Part shown: positions 8,149-17,418 of the stretch, piece by piece
Layout of the letters: the number at the start of each line of letters is the position of its first letter
Numbering within the stretch: the stretch's first letter is position 1
Made by a program: the position numbers and the translations under genes
The notes under the pieces: model-generated
Databases searched by the model: none
Told to the model about the DNA's origin: nothing
Seen by the model: only the letters and a program-made list of their open reading frames with translations
Source: Candidatus Nomurabacteria bacterium
GTDB taxonomy: Bacteria > Patescibacteriota > Minisyncoccia > Phycocordibacterales > UBA918
Direction: 5' to 3'
DNA: 53,681 nt
NCBI GenBank assembly: GCA_020632155.1
Contig: JACKGE010000003.1
Location: 1-53,681 of the forward strand

Positions 8149-8583
8149 TTATAGGATACCGATCTCACCCAGTTTCTCGGCCAAGGCATCTGCTTCAGCT
8201 TCGATCTTCTGTTTGTAATCGTTCCACTTCTTCTCGTCCCAGATCTCTACACGATCATGGATTCCTGCAAGCACGACTTTCGTCTTGAGCTTTGCGAAAT
8301 CCTTTAAGAAATCCGGAATGAGAATACGTCCTATCTTATCTACCTCAACCTCAACAGCTCCTGAAAGGAAGAAACGGTTGAAGCTTCTCGTATCCGCCTG
8401 ACCGAGTGGCAGTTGACCAACCTTAGCGGTTATCTTCTGCCACTCACCCTGCGGATATATAAAGAGACAGTTATCAAGTCCACGGGTCACGATGAGACAC
8501 TTCCCAAGTTCCTTGCGCCATTTGGCAGGCAAGGACAGCCGTTTCTTAGGATCCAACGTGTGTCTGTATTCACCGATCAACAT
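8149..8583 (-). CDS. mraZ: Division/cell wall cluster transcriptional repressor MraZ, 144 aa
   Basis: MLIGEYRHTLDPKKRLSLPAKWR and DKIGRILIP motifs; true start at 8583. Confidence 0.96.
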   Translation of the reverse strand: MLIGEYRHTLDPKKRLSLPAKWRKELGKCLIVTRGLDNCLFIYPQGEWQKITAKVGQLPLGQADTRSFNRFFLSGAVEVEVDKIGRILIPDFLKDFAKLKTKVVLAGIHDRVEIWDEKKWNDYKQKIEAEADALAEKLGEIGIL

Positions 8584-8597
8584 ATCTTTGATAGCTC

Positions 8598-8691
8598 GGG
8601 CCCACGAGAATCGTGCACCCTTGAGCTTGCCACCGCAGTTACCACGGCTGTACAGCCAATGGAGAGCCCCGATAACTGCGGTAACAAGCTC
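8598..8691 (-). promoter_or_regulatory. Structured 5' leader of the mraZ operon (candidate cis-regulatory RNA)
   Basis: 19-bp stem (8623-8641 with 8673-8691) with two G-U pairs on the mRNA strand, inner palindrome ggctgtacagcc, and a second hairpin at 8598-8620. Confidence 0.55.
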
Positions 8692-8714
8692 TTTAAGCAT
8701 CCATAGGATACTTA

Positions 8715-8769
8715 CCACTATCTCCCACCACGTTTGCATTATATACCACCTCATCCCACTGTCTACCAA
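8715..8769 (-). promoter_or_regulatory. dcw promoter with MraZ-box-like GTGG repeats
   Basis: Minus strand TAGACA-N16-TATAAT (8760-8765, 8738-8743). GTGG occurs at plus-strand ccac 8715, 8725, 8728, 8746 and 8756, forming 10-bp-spaced pairs on both sides of the -10. Confidence 0.7.
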
Positions 8770-9056
8770 AAAGTAGCACTTCGTCTGTGGATAAGAAAAA
8801 GCGTGCGACGATTTCGTCGCACGCGTACTCCTCCCCCACTTGGACCTCCAGTTGGCTGACGGTTGAGTAGATTTCTGAGAGTCTGTTCTAATCGCCGTAG
8901 TTCTCGCTGCACCACCAGTGTCGCCACTAGCGCTGACAAGCTAAGTTCATACGTTGCTGCTACCGTGTAGAGATACAGCATTAGTACGAAACAGACTGCC
9001 AGCAACAGTTGAAGTGTGTAGAACCACGACCACAAACGCCACAGATCTCGCTGCAT
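8763..9056 (-). CDS. Hypothetical membrane protein, 97 aa
   Basis: Strong SD GAGGAGGT before ATG 9056 (MQRDLW); two hydrophobic stretches. Confidence 0.65.
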   Translation of the reverse strand: MQRDLWRLWSWFYTLQLLLAVCFVLMLYLYTVAATYELSLSALVATLVVQRELRRLEQTLRNLLNRQPTGGPSGGGVRVRRNRRTLFLIHRRSATFW

Positions 9057-9124
9057 GTTCACCTCCTCATCCAATTTTAATGAAACGACCCTAGTTGTAC
9101 CGCACTACAAAACCCTTGCCTACA

Positions 9125-9153
9125 TTGACTTTAAGACTTTTTTATGCTATTAT
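9125..9153 (+). promoter_or_regulatory. Sigma70-type promoter of the 9203 gene
   Basis: TTGACT-N17-TATTAT with a TG extended -10. Confidence 0.7.
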
Positions 9154-9202
9154 TAATAACAGGGTTCAATGCGACATTTCGTCGCCAACAGGGAGAAGTT
9201 CC

Positions 9203-9658
9203 GTGAAAAAAATGCTTTTGGCTGCTTGCGCAGCCCTGATGCTGACGACCACCATGTCGGTCCCCAGCTACGCCTGGGATCCGAACCATGACAACTACCA
9301 GTGCGGCTGGTGTCTGCCGGGGCAGCAACGCTGGAACAACCAGCGTCGCACCACGACCACGTGGCAGCACTTCGAGCGCCGGACGACCGTCCAACGCGAA
9401 ACCTACGTCTACCGTGAACAGCCCAGCCAGCCGTCGGTGGTTTATCACCACTACGAACGGCGCAACAATGGTGACGCCGCTGCAGCGATTGCGCTTGGCC
9501 TCGGCGCCATCGCACTCGGCGCCGCCATCGCGAATCAGCGGCAGGTCGAATCGGGTGTCTGGTACGATCCGAACTATCGCCAGTGCCCGCCGCCTGGGGT
9601 GGTGAAAGACGTTCGTGACGGACTGGCACTCTGCTCGGTTCCGACCGTACAGCGCTGA
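9203..9658 (+). CDS. Secreted hypothetical protein with a glycine-zipper-like segment, 151 aa
   Basis: GTG start after gggag, signal peptide MKKMLLAACAALMLTTTMSVPSYA, AAAAIALGLGAIALGAAIAN, GC-rich codons. Confidence 0.7.
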   Translation: MKKMLLAACAALMLTTTMSVPSYAWDPNHDNYQCGWCLPGQQRWNNQRRTTTTWQHFERRTTVQRETYVYREQPSQPSVVYHHYERRNNGDAAAAIALGLGAIALGAAIANQRQVESGVWYDPNYRQCPPPGVVKDVRDGLALCSVPTVQR

Positions 9659-9679
9659 CGCATCCGCCACATCGCAACT

Positions 9680-9718
9680 CCCGCCCTTGGAGCAATCCAC
9701 GGGGCGGGTGTTTTCTTT
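9680..9718 (+). terminator. Intrinsic terminator
   Basis: cccgccc-ttgga-gcaa-tccac-g-gggcggg, then tgttttcttt. Confidence 0.65.
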
Positions 9719-9771
9719 ATTCAATCACTTACTACGATTAATCGCAGTATTTTGTGTCATCTTTCCGCTCG

Positions 9772-9905
9772 CTAATTTTTTGGTCGTACCACAAGAGTAC
9801 TTTCGAATTCATAGTCGGCAGTTGCCTCTTTGAATTCTAGGTCGCACCACAAGAGTACTTCCAAAATTATGGTCGTGTAAACGCTCCCTAATTTTTAGGT
9901 CGCAT
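9772..9905 (-). repeat. Degenerate 58-bp-period repeats derived from the lysS 3' end
   Basis: ggtcg(t/c)accacaagagtactt at 9782-9802 and 9840-9860. A (g/a)gtcg core occurs at 9782, 9813, 9840, 9871 and 9898; the last is the lysS C-terminal codons. Confidence 0.75.
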
Positions 9906-11342
9906 TAGTGGGAAGAGCTGTGTCTCGCGCAGCGGCTTATCCATCAAAAATGCAAATAATCGCTCGCCAAACCCAAAACCACAGGTTGGGGGCATGCCGT
10001 ATTCCAACATTTCGACAAACTCAAAGTCTGGCATCATCGCTTCTTCATCCCCTGCTTCTATGAGTTTTTGTTGCGCCAAGAAACGCCCCTCTTGATCAAC
10101 GGGGTCATTGAGTTCGCTGTATCCCCTGCCCACTTCACTGCCAGCAATAATGGGTTGGAACATTTCCACTGTTTCTTTACCAGCTTGTTTTTTGGCGAGT
10201 GGTGCTACCAAGACTGGATGATTGACCAAAAAGGCTGGTCCGGCAATATTCTTGCGGCAGAATTTCCAGAGCGTATCGGTAAGGCGTTCTTTGTTAGAGC
10301 CTTCGTATTTAACACCGAGCTCTTGTAGCTTAGCTTCCATTTCGGTCTTGGAGGCAGTTAGGATATCGATGCTGGTCTGCTTTTTAATTTCTTCAACATA
10401 GTCTATAAGCACCCATTCGTCGGAGAGATCAAATGTGTGGCCGCGGGTGGTGAAGGTAGTGGTTCCAAACACTTCTTTGGCAACCGTGCGATACAGGTCT
10501 TTAACCAACTCCATGCCATTTTCATAGTTGGCGTAGGCCCAGTAAAACTCCATATTAGTGAACTCTTGTAGGTGTTCAGGGCTGGTGCCTTCATTGCGGT
10601 AGACGCGGCCAATCTCAAAGGTCTTCGGGTAGCCAGCGGCCATAAGGCGCTTCTGCCACAATTCACCGACTGAGATGCGCAGATAAACATCAATATCAAA
10701 ATCGTTATGGTGGGTGGCAAACGGTCGCGCTTCAGCGCCACCGGTCGTAATCTCAAGAGTGGGTGTCTCTACCTCGAGAAAGCCGTGCCCTTTCATGAAC
10801 TGCCGCGTCACTTCCCAGAACTGAGCCTTCTTTTCAAATATCTCTCGCTGCTCTGGTGAGAGCACGAGGTCGAGGTACCGTTTGCGGTAGCGTTCGTCTT
10901 CGTCTTTGATGCCAAAGTGTTCAGCTGGAATGGCATTAAGGGCTTTAGTGAGCACGCGCCAATCAGAGACAGCAATGGCCTCAGCTCCCCTCTTAGTTAG
11001 AAACGGCACTCCTTTGACTTCAATAAAGTCACCCGGATCGATAGCGTCACTTAATAGATCAAAGAGTTTTTTGCCGATAGCGTCTCGGGAAAGGAACACC
11101 TGTATCTTGCCGGTACCATCAAAGATATCAGCAAAGGCGCTCCCGCCATGGCGACGCAGTGACATGATACGGCCGGCAATACACAGCTCCACTTCATCGC
11201 CCGAAAGAGCGTCAAAGTCCGTTAGCACCGTCTTGATATCATGAGTCTTTTCGGTCTTAGCAGCGTATGGCTCCATACCGGCAGCAACCAGCATGTCGCG
11301 CTTACGCAGCCGCTCCTCCTTTATTTCCTGCAGTGATGACAT
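9888..11342 (-). CDS. lysS: Lysyl-tRNA synthetase, class II
   Basis: OB-fold N-terminus, YRKRYLDL, GGAEARPFATHHN, YRNEG, GFGFGERL; start MSSLQEI at 11342. Confidence 0.97.
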   Translation of the reverse strand: MSSLQEIKEERLRKRDMLVAAGMEPYAAKTEKTHDIKTVLTDFDALSGDEVELCIAGRIMSLRRHGGSAFADIFDGTGKIQVFLSRDAIGKKLFDLLSDAIDPGDFIEVKGVPFLTKRGAEAIAVSDWRVLTKALNAIPAEHFGIKDEDERYRKRYLDLVLSPEQREIFEKKAQFWEVTRQFMKGHGFLEVETPTLEITTGGAEARPFATHHNDFDIDVYLRISVGELWQKRLMAAGYPKTFEIGRVYRNEGTSPEHLQEFTNMEFYWAYANYENGMELVKDLYRTVAKEVFGTTTFTTRGHTFDLSDEWVLIDYVEEIKKQTSIDILTASKTEMEAKLQELGVKYEGSNKERLTDTLWKFCRKNIAGPAFLVNHPVLVAPLAKKQAGKETVEMFQPIIAGSEVGRGYSELNDPVDQEGRFLAQQKLIEAGDEEAMMPDFEFVEMLEYGMPPTCGFGFGERLFAFLMDKPLRETQLFPLMRPKN

Positions 11343-11381
11343 AAATGACAGTATAAGTTCAAATAAAAAAAGTGCCAAGGG

Positions 11382-11418
11382 AAAACGCGGCAATTCCATT
11401 TTGGAATTGCCGCGTTTT
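11382..11418. terminator. Terminator between greA and lysS
   Basis: aaaacgcggcaattcc-atttt-ggaattgccgcgtttt (16-bp stem). Confidence 0.8.
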
Positions 11419-11432
11419 CTATAGCCTGCGGT

Positions 11433-11903
11433 CTACGCAACCTTCAGTACTTTGTATGCCTGTTTTCCGCCTGGAGTCTCAAAATTGAAACTGTCATTCT
11501 TGGCCTTGCCCATGAGCGCCTCACCGAGCGGTGAGAGATACGAGAGTTTGTGGTCATGAATATTAGCCTCCTCGGAACCAACGATGGTGTAGGTGCGATC
11601 GGTCTTCTCACCGTCCTTGCGAATGGTCACTACCGAACCAAGACCAACAACGTCACCCTTTTTGTCATGCGCAACAATTTTGGCTTCTTTGATGACCTGC
11701 TCGAGGTGACTGATGCGCTCCTCGATAGCAGCCTGCATATCGCGCGCCTCTTGGTACTCGGCGTTCTCGGAGAGGTCGCCGAGACTACGAGCGTATTCAA
11801 GTGATTCAGCCACTTCCTTGCGGCGAACGGTCTTGAGATGATCGAGTTCTTTCTTTAATTCTTCAAACTTCTCTGGTGTAAGGTATGCTTGTGTGTCGGT
11901 CAT
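11433..11903 (-). CDS. greA: Transcription elongation factor GreA
   Basis: ARSLGDLSENAEYQEAR, ISHLE, SYLSPLGEALMG. Confidence 0.97.
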   Translation of the reverse strand: MTDTQAYLTPEKFEELKKELDHLKTVRRKEVAESLEYARSLGDLSENAEYQEARDMQAAIEERISHLEQVIKEAKIVAHDKKGDVVGLGSVVTIRKDGEKTDRTYTIVGSEEANIHDHKLSYLSPLGEALMGKAKNDSFNFETPGGKQAYKVLKVA

Positions 11904-11993
11904 AACAATGTACTCTAATTAAACGTGCCCCCAATTATACGCACCTCTGCGCCACGGTCAACTTTCTCTGACTGTTACCTAAAAAATAGTCTT

Positions 11994-13694
11994 TTACTCA
12001 GGGTCTACTTCTGCGCCAAGGTACTCCGGTCGATGTTCATGTATCCAATCCATAACATCTCCCATGACCGTGGTAGCACCAAGACGGTTAGTGTACGGTG
12101 CGTGTTCCATAAGCAGAATAAACGCGTACCGTGGTTCTTCGTAGGGCCAAAATCCAGCCGCCCATGAGTTTACATACGAGTTTGATGCGTCGAGTTCGGC
12201 AGTGCCGGACTTAGCAGCGATATCGACGTAATTCTTTTCAAGCGAACGCGCGGTACCACCATTTAGTATCACCGTCTTTCGCATACCTTCGTGAATGATC
12301 TGAAGTTTTGCGGGACTGAGATCAAGGTCTATAGCACTATCCATGGTGCTCTCTCCAGCATCAAGGTGTGGCGTAAGTAAGTACCCACCATTGGCAAGCG
12401 CCGCGTACGCGCGAAGCATCTGAATCGGTGTGGTAAGAAAGCCGTACTGTCCGATGGCGGTGAAATACGTATCACCTAGTCGCCAATCATCATCAAAGAC
12501 CTCGCGTTTCCAGTCTGGATTTGGCACCGTGCCAACCTGTTCGTTCGCAAGATCAATACCGGTAAGACTGCCAAGGCCAAATTTTGTAAAGTACTGATAC
12601 AGCTTGGTGATACCAAGCCCCGGTTGATCCTCGAAGCCACCACCGATGATGTAGAAGTAGACGTTGGAGGAGAACGCAATCGCCTCACGCATGGTCATAG
12701 CGCCATGGGCGCGCCAGTCTCGGAAAATTGACGGGTTGCTCGGATTGTAGGGATTTGGAATGACTATCTGTCCGGTACTGACAATCACCTTCATCGGATC
12801 AATGATATTTTCTGCGAGCGCACCATAGGCTACAAACGGCTTTACGATAGAACCAGGGGTGTACGCTCCGCCGATGACCTTATTAAGAAACGGGAAACGC
12901 GGGTCTTTATTATATTCCTCTATTTTTTCCACATCATCACCATCAGCCATTACTTCTGGGTCATACGAGGGGAAACTGGCCATAGCAATGATCTCACCAG
13001 TATGGACATCCATGATAGCGGCTGCCCCACTGCGGGAGCCGTTTTTTGCCGTTGAGGTAGCAATGATATCGTGCATGGCCTCAGACAGCTCAGCATCAAT
13101 GGATAGGTGCACTTCGTCACCCGGAACAGGCGCTTCAACAGTATGTGGCGAGATGACGGTGCCATGAGCATCGACCTCCACCAAGACCTTGCCATTTTGG
13201 CCATGCAGAGTGTCTTCATAAGCACTCTCGACACCGTTGCGGCCAATATAGTCTGTCCTGAAGTAAAACCCGTACTTATCCTTTTGCGGATAACTTACGT
13301 ACCCGATAAGCTGACCTAGTCCTCTCCGGTCAGTATACGCTCGCACCGGAAAATCGTGAATACCGCTGTAGTCAAACTCATTCCACGCCAACATCTCACC
13401 ACGTCGGTCGTACACCACCCCACGCTCGGCGATGATGACCGCTTCGTTGATACGATTGTTGTCACTTTGCTGTCGATACTCAGCTCCATGAATGATCTGA
13501 AGAGTAAAAAGCTTTCCGAAAAAACCGCCAGCGATACAAATGAATATAAGTCCGACAACCCATAGACTCCGCTCCGCAATTGGCAGCTCCATTCTGCCTT
13601 CCATACGCCCGCGGTTGAACGAGGGTAGATTCGACGAATCCATGAAGATCTCATCAAACTCCACGCTGGTCTTTTTTTGTCTCCTAAATATCAT
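11994..13694 (-). CDS. mrdA: Penicillin-binding protein 2 (elongasome)
   Basis: TM anchor, AERGVVYDR, YTPGSIVK (SxxK), AFSSNVY, AKSGTAE; follows mreBCD. Confidence 0.92.
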   Translation of the reverse strand: MIFRRQKKTSVEFDEIFMDSSNLPSFNRGRMEGRMELPIAERSLWVVGLIFICIAGGFFGKLFTLQIIHGAEYRQQSDNNRINEAVIIAERGVVYDRRGEMLAWNEFDYSGIHDFPVRAYTDRRGLGQLIGYVSYPQKDKYGFYFRTDYIGRNGVESAYEDTLHGQNGKVLVEVDAHGTVISPHTVEAPVPGDEVHLSIDAELSEAMHDIIATSTAKNGSRSGAAAIMDVHTGEIIAMASFPSYDPEVMADGDDVEKIEEYNKDPRFPFLNKVIGGAYTPGSIVKPFVAYGALAENIIDPMKVIVSTGQIVIPNPYNPSNPSIFRDWRAHGAMTMREAIAFSSNVYFYIIGGGFEDQPGLGITKLYQYFTKFGLGSLTGIDLANEQVGTVPNPDWKREVFDDDWRLGDTYFTAIGQYGFLTTPIQMLRAYAALANGGYLLTPHLDAGESTMDSAIDLDLSPAKLQIIHEGMRKTVILNGGTARSLEKNYVDIAAKSGTAELDASNSYVNSWAAGFWPYEEPRYAFILLMEHAPYTNRLGATTVMGDVMDWIHEHRPEYLGAEVDPE

Positions 13695-13939
13695 GAGTGA
13701 TTAGAATAAAATGAGAGATGTGGTTTGACCCATTCAGCCGCTAACAAAATGACCAGAGTGGTAATAGTGTAGTACGGAAGCGTGTATGAGACGCCGAAAT
13801 ACGCATCCGCACAGACTGCAATTATAAGGAGTTCGTAGGCACGCCAACTGAGTGCATGCAGGATGGCAAGCGGTAATAGTACCAGCGGGTGCACGAGGGT
13901 ACTGAGAAGAAATAAGACCAAAAAACCAGCTACTCTCAT
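13691..13939 (-). CDS. mreD: Short MreD-like membrane protein
   Basis: 82-aa hydrophobic ORF between mreC and mrdA, with ATGA overlaps. Confidence 0.55.
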   Translation of the reverse strand: MRVAGFLVLFLLSTLVHPLVLLPLAILHALSWRAYELLIIAVCADAYFGVSYTLPYYTITTLVILLAAEWVKPHLSFYSNHS

Positions 13940-14901
13940 AATGCGCTATCGTTACTACTTGTGGCCGAGCTTGAAGTGGCTGTGCTGGTAGCCAAATTCT
14001 CAGTATCAATAAGCACACCCGATGGCACCGGTACCGTGAGTAGATTACGGCGGACGTTATCTACTACCTCCTTGGCTTCTTCAAACGACAAACTAGCGAG
14101 TGGTTGTATACCAACACTTACAAAACGGAGGCTAGAGATCGGTGTTTCAGTTGAGACATAGCCATATTGTTCGGGCTCCGTCGCAATTGATTCCACAACC
14201 GAAACCGTGCCGTAAATACCAGAACCAAGGCTCGGCAAGATGACCAAGTCGCCTTCACTAAGTAAGATACCCTGCGGCACTCGCACGCGAAGCATGCCGC
14301 CACCAAGACCTTCAGCGGTGGTATAGATATCTGGTCCATAGATATACACGGTTGATGTAAAACCGGGTGTGGTGACCAACGTGACCACTGAGGTGTCACT
14401 GTAGACAGCGGCTACAAATCCAATAACCGTATTACTTCCACTGTAGACGGGAGCGTTTTCGGTTACACCTTGTTTTGACCCTTGGTCAATGACCAATACG
14501 TCGTACGGTAGTGCAGTTGGCCTGCCGATAACACCCGCCGCTATACGCTCTTCATCTGTAGTACCAAGAAGTGCTCGCAGGTCGGCGTTCTCAGACTGCA
14601 AAAGTTGCACGCTACCTTTGGAAGCACGGTCTGACTCAAGTTCACGCTGTAAATCCTCGATATCTCCAAGAAGCTCATTTCGATCACGAAAGTACGAAGG
14701 GACAGTGGCGCTTGATTCACTAAGCCAGCTTTCAAAGCGAACAACTGGTGTCATCATAAGTGCTGATAGCCTCGAAAAAAGCCACGGTAGTGTGACCATT
14801 AATAAAACCAACGCGCCGCCTACTGCCAGAAGCGGCAGCATATTTGCGCGCTTAGAGATTCGGCGTGAGCTCCCCTTCACTGTCGATGAGAATTTCTTCA
14901 T
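13936..14901 (-). CDS. mreC: Rod shape-determining protein MreC
   Basis: TM, coiled coil LQSENADLRALL, LVIDQGSKQGV, IGFV; follows mreB. Confidence 0.9.
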   Translation of the reverse strand: MKKFSSTVKGSSRRISKRANMLPLLAVGGALVLLMVTLPWLFSRLSALMMTPVVRFESWLSESSATVPSYFRDRNELLGDIEDLQRELESDRASKGSVQLLQSENADLRALLGTTDEERIAAGVIGRPTALPYDVLVIDQGSKQGVTENAPVYSGSNTVIGFVAAVYSDTSVVTLVTTPGFTSTVYIYGPDIYTTAEGLGGGMLRVRVPQGILLSEGDLVILPSLGSGIYGTVSVVESIATEPEQYGYVSTETPISSLRFVSVGIQPLASLSFEEAKEVVDNVRRNLLTVPVPSGVLIDTENLATSTATSSSATSSNDSAL

Positions 14902-15922
14902 ACATATCGAGGTTCTCTAGTACTATACCAGTTCCCCGAACCACGGCCCTAAGGGGATCAGGCACGACGATAACTGGTACACCAATGACCTCCTCAAGGA
15001 GAGTTGCAAAACCGGGAATGAGGGCGCCGCCGCCGGACAGATGAATACCACGCTGCATGATGTCAGCGAGTACCTCAGGTGGTGTGATCTCAAGAACCGA
15101 GCGGACTGTTTCGACAATAGTGTCAACCGATTGTGAAATAGCATCGCGAATATCAACCTCCGTAATAACTACCTCGCGCGGCAGTCCGGTGACAACGTCG
15201 CGACCACGCACAACCAGTTCTTTACTATCATCACTTCCGGTGATAGCTGCCAATCGCACTTTAGCTTCTTCAGCGGTATTCTCGCCTACAAGCACTTTGA
15301 ATTGATCGCGAATGTACGAAACTATCGAGGCATTTAGGTGGTCACCTGCTAAACGTAAGTTACGAGCCGTAACGATACCGCCGTAAGAGATGACCGCGAT
15401 ATTGGCTGTACCACCACCGATATCGATGATCATGCTACCGACCGCCTTAGAGACTGGTAGCTTTGCCCCAATAGCAGCGGCCATTGGTTCTTCTATCAAG
15501 AAGACGTCACGCGCTCCGGCATTGCGAGCCGCGTCGCGCGCGGCGCGCATTTCCACATTAGTAATGCCACACGGCACCCCGATAAGTACTCGCGGTGCGA
15601 TTAAGGTACGCATTTCGTCTCGCACCTTATTTATTAGATAGACAAGCATTTCCTCAGTGACCTCGAAGTCGGAAATGACTCCTTCCACGAGCGGACGCAC
15701 TACTTCAATGTGTGCCGGAGTTCTTCCTTGCATCGTTTTGGCGGCATTACCAACTGCCACTAGTTGGCCAGTCTTTTTGTTTATAGCCACAATGGTTGGT
15801 TCACTAAGGACAATGCCTTTACCCTTCACATACACCAACGTATTTGCGGTACCAAGATCAATACCAATGTCAGTCGAAAAGGCACCAATGAATGTATCTA
15901 ATTTTTTTCCAAAAAGTTTCAT
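14852..15922 (-). CDS. mreB: Rod shape-determining protein MreB
   Basis: IGIDLGTANT, IEEPMAAAIGA, IIDIGGGT, LSGGGAL. Confidence 0.95.
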   Translation of the reverse strand: MKLFGKKLDTFIGAFSTDIGIDLGTANTLVYVKGKGIVLSEPTIVAINKKTGQLVAVGNAAKTMQGRTPAHIEVVRPLVEGVISDFEVTEEMLVYLINKVRDEMRTLIAPRVLIGVPCGITNVEMRAARDAARNAGARDVFLIEEPMAAAIGAKLPVSKAVGSMIIDIGGGTANIAVISYGGIVTARNLRLAGDHLNASIVSYIRDQFKVLVGENTAEEAKVRLAAITGSDDSKELVVRGRDVVTGLPREVVITEVDIRDAISQSVDTIVETVRSVLEITPPEVLADIMQRGIHLSGGGALIPGFATLLEEVIGVPVIVVPDPLRAVVRGTGIVLENLDMYEEILIDSEGELTPNL

Positions 15923-16023
15923 TACCCTACTTTATATATATCGCTTTCAAACCCTACAAAAACCACCGCGCAGCCACACTGCTTCATAACGATCCCTGTA
16001 TGTAAGGGGTATTGTACTACAAG

Positions 16024-17286
16024 CTAAGACTGAGTTCCAAAATCTGCGTATAACTCGTCTTCAGTCAAATAACGAACTTCGCCAGATTTTCTGGTGACGA
16101 CCTCAAACTTCCCTTCTTCTTTGGTCTTTTTACTGACCACTACCCGATATGGGATACCAATAAGGTCACTGTCAGCAAATTTCTCTCCGGGACGAGCTTC
16201 AACGCGATCATCGAACAACACCTCGATTCCGCGATCGTGAAGTGCATTATAGACACCTTCAGAGTGGTCACGTACTTCCGCATCATCCAGATTAAGACCA
16301 ACCAAGTGGACCGTAAACGGCGCCACGCTTTCTGGCCAGACAATACCCTTTTCATCTGAAAGCAAGTCTACCACCGTACCCATAGCTCGGGCCGGACCGA
16401 TACCATAAGAACCCATAATGACTGGTCGTTGCTCTCCATCACTATCTTTGTAATACAGTCCAATCGCCTCTGAGAACTTTGTTCCCAACGAGAAGATATT
16501 TCCTACTTCAATACTCTTTTTCTGTACCAAATCCTCTTTGTCGACTCCAAGTTCAGACAGATCTGCTTCCGCTAATACTTCTTCATTTACCGCAACACCT
16601 TTCTGTTCAGATACATACACAATATCTTCACCAGCATCAGCTAGTGTCTGAAATTCATGGCTGAACTTTGTAAATGCACCGCCAGACGCAAAAGTGCGGT
16701 ACGTTTTTTCTCCAATACCAATACGATCAAAAATACGTTGATACGCAGATGCACACGCTTCGTAAAACTCTGCATGCTGCTCTTCTGTGGCACAAAACGA
16801 ATAAAGGTCTTTCATCCAAAACTCACGTGTGCGCATAATGCCACTCTTGGCACGCATTTCATTGCGAAACTTAGTCTGAATCTGGTAGATAAAAAACGGC
16901 AAATCTTTATACGATGATACATATTGACGCATGATGTCTGTGATAACTTCTTCATGTGTCCAAGCTAAACCAACCTCACCTCCCGCTTTGAGTTTTGTTT
17001 TGAACCACACATCGACTTTTTCATCATCCCACCGATCTGATTGTTGCCACAGCGTTGATTCTTGTAAGGATGGCATATGCACTTCCTGACCACCAATACC
17101 GTCCATCTCCTCACGAACAATGGTATTAATTTTGTCTATAACTTTAAGGCCGAGCGGAAGGAACGAGTAGGCGCCTGCCATATTTTTATAGATATATCCT
17201 GCTCGTGAAAGTAACTGTGCGTTTTTTGCCACCTCATCAGCTGGAGCTTCTTTACGGGTTTTGGTGAAGAGTTTTGTTTGTCGCAT
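16024..17286 (-). CDS. proS: Prolyl-tRNA synthetase (short type without INS editing domain)
   Basis: MRQTKLF, LAWTHEE, FRNEMRAKSGIMRTREF, IEVGNIF, MGSYGIG, KFADSDLIGIP. Confidence 0.96.
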   Translation of the reverse strand: MRQTKLFTKTRKEAPADEVAKNAQLLSRAGYIYKNMAGAYSFLPLGLKVIDKINTIVREEMDGIGGQEVHMPSLQESTLWQQSDRWDDEKVDVWFKTKLKAGGEVGLAWTHEEVITDIMRQYVSSYKDLPFFIYQIQTKFRNEMRAKSGIMRTREFWMKDLYSFCATEEQHAEFYEACASAYQRIFDRIGIGEKTYRTFASGGAFTKFSHEFQTLADAGEDIVYVSEQKGVAVNEEVLAEADLSELGVDKEDLVQKKSIEVGNIFSLGTKFSEAIGLYYKDSDGEQRPVIMGSYGIGPARAMGTVVDLLSDEKGIVWPESVAPFTVHLVGLNLDDAEVRDHSEGVYNALHDRGIEVLFDDRVEARPGEKFADSDLIGIPYRVVVSKKTKEEGKFEVVTRKSGEVRYLTEDELYADFGTQS

Positions 17287-17350
17287 ATATAGTCGTTAGT
17301 GCTAGCCATAGTAACGTTACCACCTCATTGTTTCAAGGCATGTGTGTAGA

Positions 17351-17378
17351 TTGACAAATACTTTATTTATGGTATTTT
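17351..17378 (+). promoter_or_regulatory. Sigma70-type promoter of the 17419 gene
   Basis: TTGACA-N16-TATTTT with TGG extension. Confidence 0.7.
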
Positions 17379-17418
17379 GCCATGAGGACGGCGGAAATAA
17401 CTACGAGGAAAACCCGAA

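Noticed and set aside
8584-8769. 62-aa N-terminal extension of MraZ in the ORF track
   Set aside because: It runs through the promoter, MraZ boxes and leader hairpins. The family start is MLIGEY at 8583.
9131-9724. Long antisense or alternate-frame ORFs (9131-9724, 9153-9695, 5848-6378, 20830-21429, 28759-29259, 31795-32235)
   Set aside because: These are shadows of well-supported GC-rich genes, with no motifs or expression signals of their own.
9772-9905. CRISPR array at the lysS repeats (and at 47376-49249)
   Set aside because: Repeats are degenerate, few and derived from gene or flank sequence. Spacing is either internally repetitive or irregular (32 to about 900 bp), and there are no cas genes.
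6906-13694. Genetic code 25 (TGA = Gly) as in Gracilibacteria/Absconditabacteria
   Set aside because: Long genes are intact in code 11, and TGA acts as a stop (ftsL; the mreD/mrdA ATGA overlap).
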